From positions 31,868,001 through 31,932,000 of the forward strand of contig OX597828.1 of assembly GCA_951406725.2 (NCBI GenBank): 64,000 nucleotides of DNA, given 5' to 3'. The first letter of the stretch is position 1. Each line of letters opens with the position of its first letter. This document shows, one piece after another, positions 40,146 to 54,734 of this stretch. A program made the position numbers and the translations under genes. Origin of the DNA: Octopus vulgaris. Taxonomy: Eukaryota. The notes under the pieces were generated by a model. The model was given only the letters and a program-made list of their open reading frames with translations. It had not been told where the DNA came from and did no database searches.

Positions 40146-40158
40146 AATAACAATAACA
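39751..40158. repeat. (ATT/GTT)n switching to (AAT/AAC)n: self-complementary microsatellite
   Basis: Polarity switch near 39920. Confidence 0.95.
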
Positions 40159-40309
40159 TTACGCCGGGCAACTGCTTAGCACCATTTCGTCCGTTTTTGC
40201 GGTCAGAGTTCAAATTCGACATTGGTCGAATTTGCCTTTCATCCTTTCGGGGTCGATCAGTTATGCACTAGGGTCGATGTGATCGACTTACCGACTTACC
40301 CCAAAATTT

Positions 40310-40310
<1 letters not shown>
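40158..40310 (+). mobile_element. Partial SINE family B
   Basis: gagttcaaattcgac...gcctttcatcctttcggggtcgat...gggtcgatgtgatcgactta. Confidence 0.8.
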
Positions 40311-40349
<39 letters not shown>

Positions 40350-40453
40350 TGTTGTTGTAGTAGTAGTAGTAGTAGTAGTAGTTGTTGTAGTAGTAGTTGT
40401 TGTAATGATAGTTGTAGTAGTAGTAGTAGTAGTTGATGTTGTTGTAGTAGTAA

Positions 40454-40528
<75 letters not shown>

Positions 40529-40540
40529 AAGAAGAAGAAG
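40310..40540. repeat. (GTA)n array
   Basis: Directly visible. Confidence 0.95.
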
Positions 40541-40549
40541 TATTCGTGC

Positions 40550-41030
40550 TTAGCAGCATCTATCTTTTCCCAGTCCTGCTTTCTTATTCGAGGGTCAAAG
40601 AGGCATGCAACTTCAACAATATAACATGTGATGCATCTTGTCCACTAGCACTAGGCCCGGTCTGTTAGACTTTAGTACCTGATCTGTTTGGAGTCGGAAA
40701 TCCCAGAGGATTTTGCTAGTCTCATACCAAGTCTTGCCTCTCTCTTGCGCCCAATTTTCGTACAGTTTTCAATGTAGCAATTTCGCTACCTGGTCATGTC
40801 CCCTCAACTTATACTGGATTGTGGCAAATCTAAGGCAGTTGTTTGTATAATTGGCAATAGTTTCATCCACTCTATTGTAGATGCGGCACAGCAGACACAA
40901 TCGCTCATTCCTAAGGTCACCCCCACCAGTTAAGGACCAAAGCTTGGTCTAGCGCTGCCAGTAATGTGTTCTCGCACTCTTGTTTTAGTTTTCCTTTCAT
41001 CAGCCAATCCCACTAATTTTTTTCCAGCAC
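40550..41030 (-). mobile_element. R4/Dong-like (restriction-like endonuclease) non-LTR retrotransposon fragment, decayed
   Basis: WLMKGKLKQECENTLLAALDQAL...CRI.NRVDETI....C..FA..QYK.RGHDQVAKLLH...KILWDFRLQTDQVLKSNRP.LVLVDK...VAC.FD.RI...EKID; zinc-knuckle + RLE pattern, with frameshifts. Confidence 0.85.
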
Positions 41031-41087
41031 TTTCTGTTGCGGCTACATGGAATTGATTGTGTAGTACCTTCGTGCGTAATTTCCCCG

Positions 41088-41099
41088 TTATTATTATTA

Positions 41100-41163
<64 letters not shown>

Positions 41164-41209
41164 CATTATTATTATTATTATTGTTATTATTATTATTATT
41201 GTTATTATT
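41088..41209. repeat. (ATT)n array
   Basis: Directly visible. Confidence 0.95.
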
Positions 41210-41765
41210 GAGTGAGAGAGCAGCTCATGCCATCAAAGTGACACTGGGGTAAAATATACAAAGCCCAATATACCCATCATGACTACCCGTCTAACAAGGG
41301 TACACCAGGCACATGCATCACAACCATACGTACGCGACATGGTGATCTCATATCAAGATAAACAGCACATGACCTTGCAGGTGGGGCCCAGTTAGAAATT
41401 TCTTCAGGTTGAGTAGCCCATCCCGCTCAAAAGGTCCCTGAATAAGGGTTATTTAAGGATGTTGAAAGAACCACCCATGTTTCCAGAGGTGAATTATTCA
41501 AACCCCAAAGAATCCCTCTCAACACATGGCTATGATGCTCCCCCACTACTTCTGCTCGTGATCAGAGATGCACATATCGTCAGTCACTAAGGGACATGCT
41601 CAACTGGTTAAGGTCAAACAACTGACAAGCAAATCTGTGGTATTGAGCAGAATATTTGCTGTAGCCCATCTTTTATACCAAGACAAAACAATGTACATGA
41701 TAACGCTTCCAATCAGTTAAGATCAGAAGCCATGAGAGCCACTGCCTGGTACTGCATCAGGGCAT
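41210..41765. mobile_element. ~555-bp non-coding interspersed element embedded in (ATT)n
   Basis: Sharp-edged, higher-GC block flanked on both sides by in-phase (ATT)n; no long ORF. Confidence 0.7.
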
Positions 41766-41841
41766 TTATTATTATTATTATTATCATTATTATTATTATT
41801 ATTATTATTTTTACTATTACTATTACTAGTACTATTATTAA

Positions 41842-41922
<81 letters not shown>

Positions 41923-41931
41923 TATTATTAT
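41766..41931. repeat. (ATT)n array
   Basis: Directly visible. Confidence 0.95.
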
Positions 41932-41934
41932 CAA

Positions 41935-42150
41935 GGAGGCTAGCTGACAGAATCTTTAGCATGCCGGGTGAAAACTTAGTGGTATTTCCCCCGTCGTTAC
42001 CCAGTGAGTTAAAATTCCACAAAGGTCGACTTTGCCTTTGTCCTTTCGGGATCGGTAAATTAAGTACCAGTGAAACACTGGGATCGATAGTATCGACTAA
42101 TCCCCTCTCCTAAAATTTAGAGGCCTTGTGACTTCAGTAGAGAGGATTAT
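41935..42150 (+). mobile_element. SINE family B
   Basis: ggaggctagctgacagaatctttagcatgccggg...ggtcgactttgcctttgtcctttcgggatcggtaaattaagtaccag...ggccttgtg. Confidence 0.85.
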
Positions 42151-42418
42151 AATCATCATCATCATCATCGTTATTACTATTACTATTATAGCTATATTGT
42201 ATAGCTTCAATATTGACAGTTATCCTTTCGGGAGGCGAGCAAATAACGTACCAGTCATATAGGTAATTAGATATGAACGACTAAGCCCCTCCCCTTAATA
42301 ATTAGTATCTAGGTGCTAAAGTTTTAATTATAATTCTTTTCATTTTTATTAATATTAATCGTATTAATTCGAACTGAAAATTATTACCGCTGTGTTGAGG
42401 TTTTAGTAATAGTAGTGA

Positions 42419-42584
42419 TTAGCGGCATCTATCTTTTCCCATGCCTTCTTTATTATTCGTGGGTCAAAGATGCATGCAACATCAAAAATATAACATATGA
42501 TGCATCTTGTCCGCCACCACTAGGTCCGGTTTGTTATACTTTAGCACCTGATCTGTTTGTATTGGGAAATCCCAGAGGATTTTC
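42419..42584 (-). mobile_element. Second, shorter copy of the R4/Dong RLE fragment
   Basis: Aligns with 40550-40713 from the same start point (ttagc.gcatctatcttttccca) to ggaaatcccagaggatttt. Confidence 0.85.
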
Positions 42585-42587
42585 CTT

Positions 42588-42619
<32 letters not shown>

Positions 42620-44374
42620 TGCTGAGGAGTAGTCCTTTATCGCCTGCATTTTACCGCGCAGCAGAGCGGCGTTCTGAATGCCTTTTCTGTGGCGAGTCCC
42701 TTTTCAAACCGTTTGCATTTGGTATACTATGGGATGTACTTCACGTTATAAGTATGCTTCACATAACTGTGTTCTTTACATGCATTATAAACATGTACGC
42801 CTTTTGGTTTACGCTTCCCTACATCATCTCAAATTATTGCGATGGCCGATTTCACAAGAATTACTTCTAATTTTAAATTCAATATTCTGATCATCAAATA
42901 TTTTGATTTGGACAATTTCTCCATTTTATAAATATACATTATAAACTGTCATGGTGTATATTGCTATAATATTTTTACTTCCTCAGTTTTCGTTCATAAT
43001 TCTATATAGCCTATCTCACCGTTATATTGATTCTATTTAGCCTATCTCTGTGTTATATGGATTGATACACCTAATTTCTTTCTATATTTCATCATGCTGC
43101 TATATATTTTTTAATGTAGGCAATCACGCAACACTTTTATACCTCCATCACTATCATATATTAAGTTTCATATTAAGCAAGTCGCTTTATTTTTCCTCTC
43201 ACCACTATATTCAATTCTCTTTACATTGATATTTTATCTACAATAATCCAAGTAAAAAATCCAGAAACCGAATTTATTACATTTGAGTTGCTATTTAATC
43301 GTAAAAGGGCTTTCTCCCAAAATCAATAATTACACAAAATATAACTAAAATATATGCATTTAATAGGAGAGCAACTACTGCATAACGTTTATTTACTTCA
43401 CATACAACTGAACTATTTTTGATGGAAAAAAAAACATGATTTTATATTCTAATTACATATACCGAATCAATGTTAAACATCGATCTGGTATCCGTTTTAT
43501 TGAGGCCCAAGCAGAATGTCAACTCTGGGTCAATATTAATTGTGAATTCGACTTCAGTAACTTAAAGAAGCTGAATTGACTGCAAAACTGAGTAATGCCT
43601 TTTGTAGAGATATTTTCAGTTTGTTATTGTTAAATGAATTCAACATCTCTCACTGCTATATCATGATTGTGTTATTTCCTATGCATTCTGTCCATATATT
43701 TGGAAATGAAGGTTAATAATGTATGTCTTTCACCTCTGACCTTCTTTGAAATTTTTATATCAGAAAACGGAATAGTTTATTTGAATTTTCAACATATTTT
43801 CTCTCTCTCTCTCCCCTCTCGCTCTCTCTCTTTCTTTCTCCCTGTCTTTCTCTCTAACTCTTCTTCATGCAAGAATTATTCTGTAAAGAAATGAGTTTAT
43901 GTTTGAAAGTAAGCCGACCCAGTATAATAGAATACTAACAATCACATTTAAAAGATCAATTCCTACCCGAAAATATCATGATAAATCAGGAACAGTAAAC
44001 CGAAAGTACATTTGAATGAGTTTGAGCATCTCGTTGGAACAATTAATGATTTATGAACAAACAAATCTCGCAATTCTAAAGTTCTTACAATTCTATTCAT
44101 ATGTTCTTCTTCACCCAAGAAACTCACAGAAATACACAAGCTACTCTCTTCGTAGTTTGTGTATAACAGCGGGTATAATGTTTTAGTTTACGTATAAAAA
44201 CCGTCTAAATACTGATATATTCTTTAAATTGTGTCTATTTTTTTAAGCTCTTCAAACAAGATTAATGTTGCCTATTATTAACTGTTAATATCAATCAGCT
44301 CATGTCGAAAATTCACGGAATTCATATACAATTTTCTGGGCTACATTTGACTGAATTCAGATAAAAGGAAACCA

Positions 44375-45170
44375 CAAGATGTCATCCAAAATAAATGTAT
44401 TTTAAAAAGTCGAAAATGTAAAGTAGATAAGTGAAATATAATATTTTACTCAAAGTTTCGTCCATCAGTTACAACCACGCTCTCAAGATGGCTCCGGAAC
44501 CCGGCGCATGCTTTCCTCTCTCTATATCTCTCTCTGTCTCTCTCTGTCCCTAAAAATACCTTCAAACATCTTGACATCGGTCACCTTGGTGGAGAAGGCA
44601 GAGTGGCCGCTATCTCTTTCAATCGCGCCCTGCCCATAGTATTCTATAGTATTACAATCGGAGTAATTAGAAGACCAGAAATCGGGCCAGGTTTAGTAGT
44701 AGAAATTGTCCGACAAACATTTCTGAATCTTTTTCGACGTATTGTATGTGTTGAATATTGGTGTCACACATATGGCCTCCCATCAGCAACCATCTCCAGC
44801 CAGGGCTTGGCCACTATCTCCAGCAGTTTTTCATAGCCTCCTGCATAGGGTCTAAGGACATGTTCAAAGATGTGGGGGTTGAATTGCGGTGTGCCGCAGT
44901 CGGAAATCCTGCTACGTCCCATCTAACTGATCACGGCCTCGTGGTATCCGTTGCAGCTGTCCGTGTCACGTCTTACAACTTATAAAAATGTTTACTGACA
45001 TGCTAGCAGGTGTCATGTTGTCGGTTTTTTTGATTACCGGCGCGAATCATCTTGATACACGTAACACTTTTCCAATATTCTCTTGGCCTCCACACCTCCA
45101 ATCTTTATGCAAACAAACGGCTCTGACTGTTCACGAAAATGTGAAGGAATAGATAATAAATATGATTTCT
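44375..45170 (-). mobile_element. Tc1/mariner-superfamily transposase remnant
   Basis: MVADGRPYV*HQYS.H...QKCLSDNF...FWSSNYSDCNTIEYY..GAIERD...FRSHLESVVVTDG resembles GRPYVWQQDSAP.H...WPPNSPDLNPLDY.VWG..E...FRSR.E.V...G. Boundaries are approximate. Confidence 0.8.
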
Positions 45171-46844
45171 ATAGGGGAGAATAATATGTGCTAGGAATTT
45201 TGCGAAGCAGAAGACAGCATTTCTTTAAGATTTCTTCATGGAAATACGAGAGCGGTAGACGTTTACATACTTCTAGAGCACCGGAAATAAAGATACTTTT
45301 GGCTGTTTCCTTTCGCTGTGCTTTCAAATTTAACTTTAGCTGCTGCTCTGAATAACAATGGTGTTGTAATTTCTTTCTTTTCGGGATAATGGCTTTAAAA
45401 AGTGTGAATGGATCGAGTAGAAAATATTAAGATGTCACGAAATTGCCCTTAAACAGGTACCGTAATTTTTGTATATACTCAATAGAATATTCAAAGGCAC
45501 AATTGTTCCACCGTGATTTGCCATCAGATTTACAGCATAGCAAGCATGGGCCTTGCAGTTTCATGTAAACCAGAATCACAAACGTTCGAATAGAATTGTA
45601 TCAAATATGCATAAATGAGTGTGAACGAAAATTAATAAGCATGTATTTTTTACTCATCGGATTTGGAAGAAAGACAACATGCATTATATCACATCGTCAA
45701 AATGTTTATTTCGTACAGCGATGAAAATAAGAGCCTCTTTACCTAGTATGTCCATTGTACATGATTTCTTACCAGAAAAATAGAATTGGAAGCAGAAAGT
45801 CAGGGAACAATAGAATATATCAGCGCCAACAAAATGTTTTCAGTCTTCTAAGTGAGCTATTCGGCGCATAGCTGTTTGTATGTTCCAAACGCTTGCTTTA
45901 TCCCCATTTTCACTAGATTACGGTCAAGAATAGAAAATAATTTTCCTAGTAATACCCATGCATCATTTTGCAACGTAAACAGGAAATGAAAGATTAAAGT
46001 GGATAACAATGCCGCGCAGAAATCAGGAAGAAATATTTTATTACATTTATGATATTGTTTTGTCACTCCCTTTGCATTTGTTTTGTTTAATATCTTAACA
46101 AAGAGTGTATGATGATCATGATGATGTGGCTGAGTGGTGATGGTAATGATGATGAAGATGACGATGGTGATGTGTGTGAGAGTGTTGGCGGTAATGATTA
46201 TGTTCATGATGCAGATGATGACGGTGGTGATGACAGTATTCTAATAAGAAGTGTAAGAAAATGAGGAAAGAGATGGATGAAAAAGAGAAGAAAGAAACTA
46301 ATAGAATATACGTAAAATATTAACTAATATTTGATTTCTATGGGATTTTACAGTGCAGCGACAATACAATAGATTTACAAAGTTTGTTAGTTTACCGAAA
46401 ACATAATATTCTATAGTCCCTCCGGCTGATTCGATGACAGATATTCAAAGAATTCACTGAAGAGATTGATACAATACACAATAGCATAATAGAATTAGAT
46501 CCTTCGCATTTTCTATTTGTAAACAAAAAAATATTTGTTTTAGTGCAAATATTTCTCGGCCAGTGATTACAAAAAAAAACACGAAAAAAACGTATAATCA
46601 TATTATATATTTCTTGTATGAAAGCGATATGTGCAGATCATCAAAGATATTCTAAAATGATTAGAAATAAAAAGAAAACGAATCGACGCAGATTAAAAAT
46701 TAAAATATAACAACGATACGTACATAGGCACTATGAGATTTTTGGTACGTATTCAACATCTCTCGGATCTCCATTGCTTGAAGGTATAACGAAAATTATA
46801 TATTTAGATTCTGTAATCTATTATTATCGTTATTATTATTATTA

Positions 46845-47135
46845 TTATAGACGTCGCAGAGTATACAATGTAGTAAGGCTGTTGATTGAAGATATTGTGT
46901 TTAGCGGAGGTTTGTACAGTCTGTCAAGTCACAACAAGGACCACTGACAGACACTATTTTACTGAATATGCGTGCAGTTCCAAGTACTGCCGACTCTTGC
47001 AATACATCTAGATTGTAGGGTTTTTCAGATGTTATTTTCAGATTGGGTGGTATTGAGCCCAACGCCCCGATTACAATAGGGATAACATTTATGTTCGACT
47101 CTCGTAGCTGCCTCATCTTAGTAATGTCAATTCTC
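46845..47135 (-). mobile_element. 3' end of an R4/Dong-like retrotransposon between (TAA)n tracts
   Basis: RIDITKMRQL..NVIPIVIGALGSIP.NL...LQESAVLGTARIF.K; typical RLE C-terminus. Confidence 0.85.
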
Positions 47136-47375
<240 letters not shown>

Positions 47376-48070
47376 TAGTATTATATTTTTATTTATCTAT
47401 TTATTTCTAAACTTAGGAAAAAATACATTATGCAATAATTATGAAAAATTAGAATACGAATATTTAGATCATGATTATATGCTCGAAAACACTTTTACTG
47501 CTGTAGCGTGGGCTGCAAATCTCTTCACCCATTTGTATACTAGGATTTATATTATAAGCATCCGTGTTTTGACTCGTTTGCAAATAGAAACGGGTATCGC
47601 ACGTTTGATTTAGCTTGATGAGTACCTTTCAAATGATAGATATTAACACAGAGGTGTTAAACATAGAGTGGAAAATCGAACAATGCACAAATAATATTAG
47701 TTTTATATCTCGGTGAAAATAAACTCCAGCACTACCGAATGAACAACATAGACAACGTCCTACATATAACATCTAACCGATTTTCACGTCTTAATGATAC
47801 CTGCTATCATTGAGCTAGAATTGTCAGTTTTATCTAAATTTGACAGGCGGTGCCCCAGTATGGCCACAGCTTGTGAGCTGAAACTAAAAAAAAAAAAATT
47901 AAAATAACAAACATCACTTGCATTTGCTGCCCTTGTTCTTTTAACCACAATGATTAATTGATTACATATTTCCTTATAATCCATTATTCATACTTTAAAA
48001 GCCCATGTAAATTGTCATCCATATCAAATGTCTGCAAAGTTCCAAATATATGCGGACATATTTATAATGC

Positions 48071-48250
48071 TTTCCAATTTTGGTCACAAGGGGAGATTGG
48101 GGGAGGTGGGGATGAGTCAGTTACATCGATACTAGTGCGTAACTGGTACTTTTTTATTCGGTTCCGATAGGATGAAAAGCAACGTAGCAGCAGACGAAAT
48201 ACCGCTATGCATTTCGCCCTTCATGGTAACGATTCTGCCAGCTCGCCGTC
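48071..48250 (-). mobile_element. SINE family B, internally deleted
   Basis: gtgcgtaactggtact...ggatgaaaagcaacgtagcagcagacgaaatacc...ctgccagctcgccg. Confidence 0.85.
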
Positions 48251-49766
48251 TTATGCGAAAATCTTCATAATGAGAGCAACGTTAATTATATTGCAATTGC
48301 AGCGACGATCATACTCTGCTCAATGTTTCCTAACACCATACATACTCAAAACATGCAAATATTTCCTTTAGAATCACTTCGAAGATTCATAATTAATTAT
48401 GTGACGACTTTTCTAAGAGTGCATTTCAAAAGACTTTTAGCAGTACGTTATTTCATACAAAGCTAAATTACAGTTAAAATATCTTAAGGAATGATTCCTC
48501 ATTAAAATCCTACCTTTTCGGTAAAATAGACAATGAAACCGAACCTGCGAGCTCATTCACTCAACTAGATATAGTTGTCTAAACATTCCCTTCAGTTGAG
48601 CTCCTTATATATCTGGTTTTAAAAAAAGAACTCATTGGAGACATTTTAGACATTTTCATAAATAAATAACAATGACGCAATGCAGAATAGCAATGACAAA
48701 TATTTTTACAACAGAGCTTCTAGATCAGAATGGGGCTAGAAAGAATCATATTTCACCGAATATCATTTTGTCACTTTATTGGTAGCTGCAATTCAACCGT
48801 TGAGCGCTGGGTCACTTTCTTACAGCAATCTGCTACAATCGGTTTCCTGACTATTAAGTATTTATACCTTATCCACAGTTCCCTCAATGCCACATTTTCC
48901 ATCTTTAGTAGGGAGTTTTTCTAGTTCAATAACATTAGAATCCCCGTGTAATGTGAATTTTCATTTCAGTTTCAAATAGATATCTCTGAAAAACTTGACC
49001 TGAACATTAAAACTTACTGGAATTATTTAGTATAACACGGTAATCTTACTGAAACCACTATAGTTTCATAGTAAACTCGATAGACAGGTAAATAACTCAG
49101 AGCAGACTAGTAAGCTAACATCCTATTGCCAACATCAATAGATATATCAAGTGTATAGCGATGACAAAATTATATCTAACAACTTGTGGCTTTTAATTAT
49201 ATTTAATAATTATCATGAATTGAAATGTAGTAGAAACATATCAATATTTCCATCGTACCCTTCTTGTAAAAAAACGAAAATACTTTATTATATAGTATGA
49301 GAACATCTTTTCAACAGATCTTGTAAAAATGAACATAAAAAAATTTCGAGATGTTTATTTGCAAACTATTTTTATTAATTACTTGATGAACATCCTTATC
49401 TATTAGTTTTTGACTTCTGCATTTGAAATTGAAATTATTGGCAACATCATTTCATTATAGTTTCATAAAGTAATGAATGGAAAATACTGAGATAAAGTAT
49501 TAGTGAGCAAATGTAAAAGAGACCAAATATTTTATAATATTAACTACTTTTAGTATACTGTTTCATTGGTAAATTTTAATATCAGTTTTGTGCTAGAACG
49601 TGAATAAAAAGGAGAAATAGCAATAACTCAAATATTTAGACCCCCACCCCGCAATACACTTGTCTCTCAACTTCATGTCATCCTCGGTGCATTCAACAGT
49701 CCTTTCTGTCCTCTAAATTCTTATTTAGTAAACAAATTCTTATTCCCAAACAACTTGCCATATGAA

Positions 49767-50000
49767 ATATATTTCTTTACTACCCACAAGGGGCTAAACA
49801 CAGAGGAGACAAACAAGGACAGACAAACGGATTAAGTCGATTACATCGACCCCAGTGCGTAACTGGTACTTAATTTATCGACCCCGGAAGGATGAAAGGC
49901 AAAGTCAACCTCGGCGGAATTTGAACTCGGAACGTAACGGCAGACGAAATACGGCAACGCATTTCGCCCGGCGTGCTAACGTTTCTGCCAGCTCGCCGTT
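49767..50000 (-). mobile_element. SINE family B, young full-length copy, perfect 12-bp TSD
   Basis: TSD ttgccatatgaa at 49755-49766 and 50001-50012. Confidence 0.94.
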
Positions 50001-53000
50001 TTGCCATATGAATTAGTTTACTTAAGCCTGTAGTTCTTGTATTGTTAACCTACAATATTTTTATCACAATATTAACGGGATTGATCTTGCCAGTCTCTAA
50101 GTGTCTTCAAGTCTCAGTGACTCTACACTTCCAACAGACTCTTATGATAAACAGAAACACATACACATATGTATACGACATGCACATGTGATTATTTCCA
50201 TACACACACACTAACACACACATATATATATATATATAAATAGGTACATGTGTATATTTACATATACATTGACCTATTTAAACACATAATATGCATATAT
50301 TCACACATACACGCAAACATATGTATATATACACATACACACTTATTGTTGCAGTCTGTGTGTAAAGCACTGTCGATGCAGCAAAATCGATTTATCGGAT
50401 GCTGATATGTATCCAATTTTCTGAAAGAATATATAACATAAATCATCTTGTTCTATTCTAAACCAATTAATTGCTAGCAAGTCCTTGGACTAATTAAAAA
50501 ATATTTAATTGCAAAATTGATCAAACGAATTACATTTTGGCGTATCGAAACAAAACATTTCATTAAATATCAATTATGCTGTTGCATGTGTCTCCACCTT
50601 ACCTCATACACTATCAGGTTCCTTAAACTTAAAGGCTTAATGTCAATTATTAATTTCAAACGTGTGTGCTTGTTATTAAATGTAGTAACTGCACCGTACA
50701 AAATCCCTGCATAACTTCAGTCATTTATTTTCCAATTTAAAATTTGCTAATGGTTCAAAAATTAACTGAATACAGAAATTAGAAAATTTTAATAACAGTT
50801 TTCGTACATTTAACTTAAGGATTAAAAATATTATGCTGCTCATAACACATGAGGAAATTTCGTAGTTGCAGCTCTATATTCAAAAACACCCCAAAGATTT
50901 ATAACTTTTGTAATATTCTCATAAACAGAATGCTTTGTCTTTTTTATATTCTTCTACTTCTTTGAGTCGTTGGGATGAAGTCATGCTGAGTAACCTCATT
51001 GATGGTTTTGGTTTATCAAATCGTCTCTCATGCTTTATGTCTGGCATATATGTCATCCATCATTTTCCCAGAACTACTACATTAAAGCAATATAAAGGAA
51101 TCGAAGCAGTCTGCGAAAATGTGACATTCAGAATACAATTAGGAAAACACACACCATGTTGTAAATATATGCATACCGTATATACATATATGCAAGAAGA
51201 TGAAACTAAAAAAGACATTTTCTTTAGTCTAATTTAAAGCGGAAAAGGGTAAGTATAGATATGTTAGTATTGTTAGCCCAACTAGACGTGAATGCTGTTC
51301 TTTAAAAAATTGTAACATCATGAAGAGATAGTCACTTCTGTTTCTGCAACTAATTCTCCCCAAACATAACCTAGTTAAAATACCCTATCATACTTACGTT
51401 TACAAAGCAGTTGTTCTTGTCTATAGGAGAGGGATTTAGAAGAGTGAGAAGTAATTTCGAATAACGGTTAAGGGCATTTATAGCTTACTTTTGTCAGACA
51501 AATGATTCATCAGATATATTGTCATATTAGTTTTCATTGTTCATTGGAACAGAAGTCAAGTATGGGTTATACAGAAATACATAAGTTCCTGCGAATTTCT
51601 TTTAGCTGAAATTTCTACTCCACTGATACCTTTCCAAACAATATTACCCAAATTTAATATTATTGGACTAGGAGAAGTAAAACAGCTTTGAGTTTTATGA
51701 GCTTGTGTAACGAAAAAATAATCTCCTAGTGATTCGAATTCTTAATTCGGTATTTAACCGCCGATTAATGTCAATTCATTCTCATTGCTAATGCTATTTA
51801 GATAGGGATTAAATCGCAACATGCTTTATCTTGTTTGATATTTGGTTTTGTATTATATCGACAAACAAAGTGACCATACAATGATTCTCGTTCGTAGACA
51901 TATGATTAATCTGCTTAGGAATATTCTGCATGTTATGTAATCACACTGCTTTTCCGTTATTTTACATTTTCGAAGAAATCAATATTGTGAAATCTGACAT
52001 AAATAGGAAATTTTACATCTTGACAGTACAATGTAGTAAGTGATTCAGTAAGACTTGTCTATAAAATCAAATATTTCTTCGACTACATAAATGGAAAATA
52101 ATATTTATCATTCAAACACACGCCATCTTTCTTTGCTTGAAGATTTTCTCGTCATGTAAACTTGAATTATATAAACAATGCATATTTCCATGAGTTTTAC
52201 AAATCTCTTTTAAATCCAAAATATTTAAAATCCTCTAAAATCTATTTTAAGTGGGTTTTTACCACCATTTGTTTACTTTTCTTCCCATTTGCCAATCAGT
52301 AATTATTATTGCAGTATTTTATCTGGTATAGAGAGATAATGATTCTTTGTTCTATATATATAATTGGTGCATCAGCATGGCCGCAGCTCTGAGTTGAAAC
52401 TACAGGAAAAAAAACCCAACATGCTATACTAAATAGTCCAAAGTTTACAAATTTACCAATAAATGTTTATATAGAATTCAGAAAATTCAGAAAGGAAATG
52501 GAAAATATTTTAACGATCTAATATTGATACTAGTGAGTAAAATGCTTAAATAAGTCTTGGCAAAAATATAATAGATTTTATTCGACGATTAAGATTACGA
52601 TACACATTCATGGTAAAGAGAATGGAAATATTTCGAGAAAACAAATTATTGATAATTTTTAGGCAGACAAATTTGTATGACACACTGTTGAAGGAAATGA
52701 AAATGGGAGTAAGCCAACTGGCATATTCATGGAATGTTTATAAGCATATTTGCATTGAGCACTTTTGTAAAAATGTCTCATATATATATATATATATTAG
52801 CCAATAGTTAATGTTCTTTTAATCGTGCAATTTCAAAAACATCAGAATATTTCTACAGCAAACTTCATGAAATAAAATAGCCAGTAATATTATTGGGAGT
52901 GGAGGATCAGCGTTCAAAATATATGAAAAAAAAAACTACATTTATTACATTACAAATAAAAAATCCACCGTCGGTAACTTTTGCAAAGCACACATATTCA

Positions 53001-54279
53001 TACATATATATATGAAACACACACACACACATACATACACACTCACACATACACACACATACATACATATACATGCACACACACATACATATGTATATAT
53101 GCATACACATGCACACAAATATATAAATATATACATATGACAGAATGCATCTTGAGAACAATAATGTGTGTGTTTGTGCGTGTGTGTATGTGTGTGAGCG
53201 TGTGTGTGAGTGACTGGCTTTCCGTGTGTGTGTAAGTGAGTGAGTGAGTGACTGACTGACTGTGTGTGAGTCACGTTGCAAGCTATTTATTTTATCCAAT
53301 TCTCGGAAACAAAATACCTCACTTTAACTGTATTTTCATAACGGTTGTGGATTGAATAAGATAACCTAAGAAACCGCTGTTGTTAGTCGCCTTTATCTGC
53401 TGTATCATTCATTCTTATTTTTTTATTCCATATTTCTTGCAGTTTTCCCTGTCACACACTCTCTCTCTGTGCCTGTATATATATATATATCGATAACATA
53501 ATTATTAACTGTAAAGTATGTACAGGGATCGATGCAATTTATGATAGCCTAAAATGTGGTGACCCAGCAAAGCCACAATTCAATAAGAACACTGACGAAA
53601 TAAAGGTAACAATACTACATATACCTATACATATGCATATATATATATATATATGCAGAGTGAGGGAGAGAGTGAAAGAAAGAAAGAAAGAGAGTGTGGT
53701 AAAGAGAGAGAGAGAAAAAATGCGTCTTTATGTGCGCATGTGTAAACATATAAGTACATATGTAAACACGTATATGAAAATGCATCTATATTCATATATA
53801 TGTGCGTATGTATGCGTGAGTGTGTGTTTGTGTGACAGTGTGCCTACGCATTATATTTATATGTATACATGCACACACATGTATCGATTTTGCTACATGC
53901 ATATACAGGTTATCTACATTTCATATGCTATCTACGTTCCGTCCTTTAGGTTATCGCTTTTACATTATCAATCCAAATGCCAATGTATGCTGCCGTGTTA
54001 CTGACAGAAAAAAAAAATAATAATAACAGAATGCCGGTGTAATGCATATGTATATTGTCCAGTTTATCTTTGATGTCTTAATTTGTTAGGGTTAAACTCT
54101 GTTATCTTAATGTTCAAGACAAAGAGATATCGTCCTTGGGCGATTGTACCCATCTAGGTAGGAAAACGATGAAATAATGAAATAAGAAACTCAGCAGCTG
54201 CAGAGTTTCCCAGTCAAAGTATTATGAACACGACAACATATACTTATTTTCTACCACAGAAAGAACTGAATACATTATA

Positions 54280-54293
54280 TATGCATCCATATT

Positions 54294-54352
<59 letters not shown>

Positions 54353-54361
54353 ACATATACC

Positions 54362-54411
<50 letters not shown>

Positions 54412-54467
54412 TAGTTGTATACTTATATAGGTAGAATATAAATACATAGATATCCATATATATATTT

Positions 54468-54510
<43 letters not shown>

Positions 54511-54677
54511 CTGTATATATTTCTACGTTTAAATAATATATATATATATGTGTATATATATATATGTATACATTTATGCATATATATGCTTATGTGTACT
54601 TATTTATTGGTTGCATACAAACGCTCATATATACATATGTATGTACGTATGTACGTATATATATATATACATATTTA

Positions 54678-54734
<57 letters not shown>

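Noticed and set aside
40985-41006. CTGATGA-aag-GAAA on the minus strand
   Set aside because: No stem I or stem III pairing; it lies inside the R4/Dong coding remnant (WLMKGKL).
41740-41765. Similarity of cctgatgcagtaccagg (minus strand) to U2 snRNA stem-loop IV
   Set aside because: Too short, and no other U2 sequence is present.
51071-51248. Possible exon (ttttcccag ... gg|gtaagt)
   Set aside because: The frames I checked contain stops, there is no recognisable protein and no partner exons; unsupported without RNA data.
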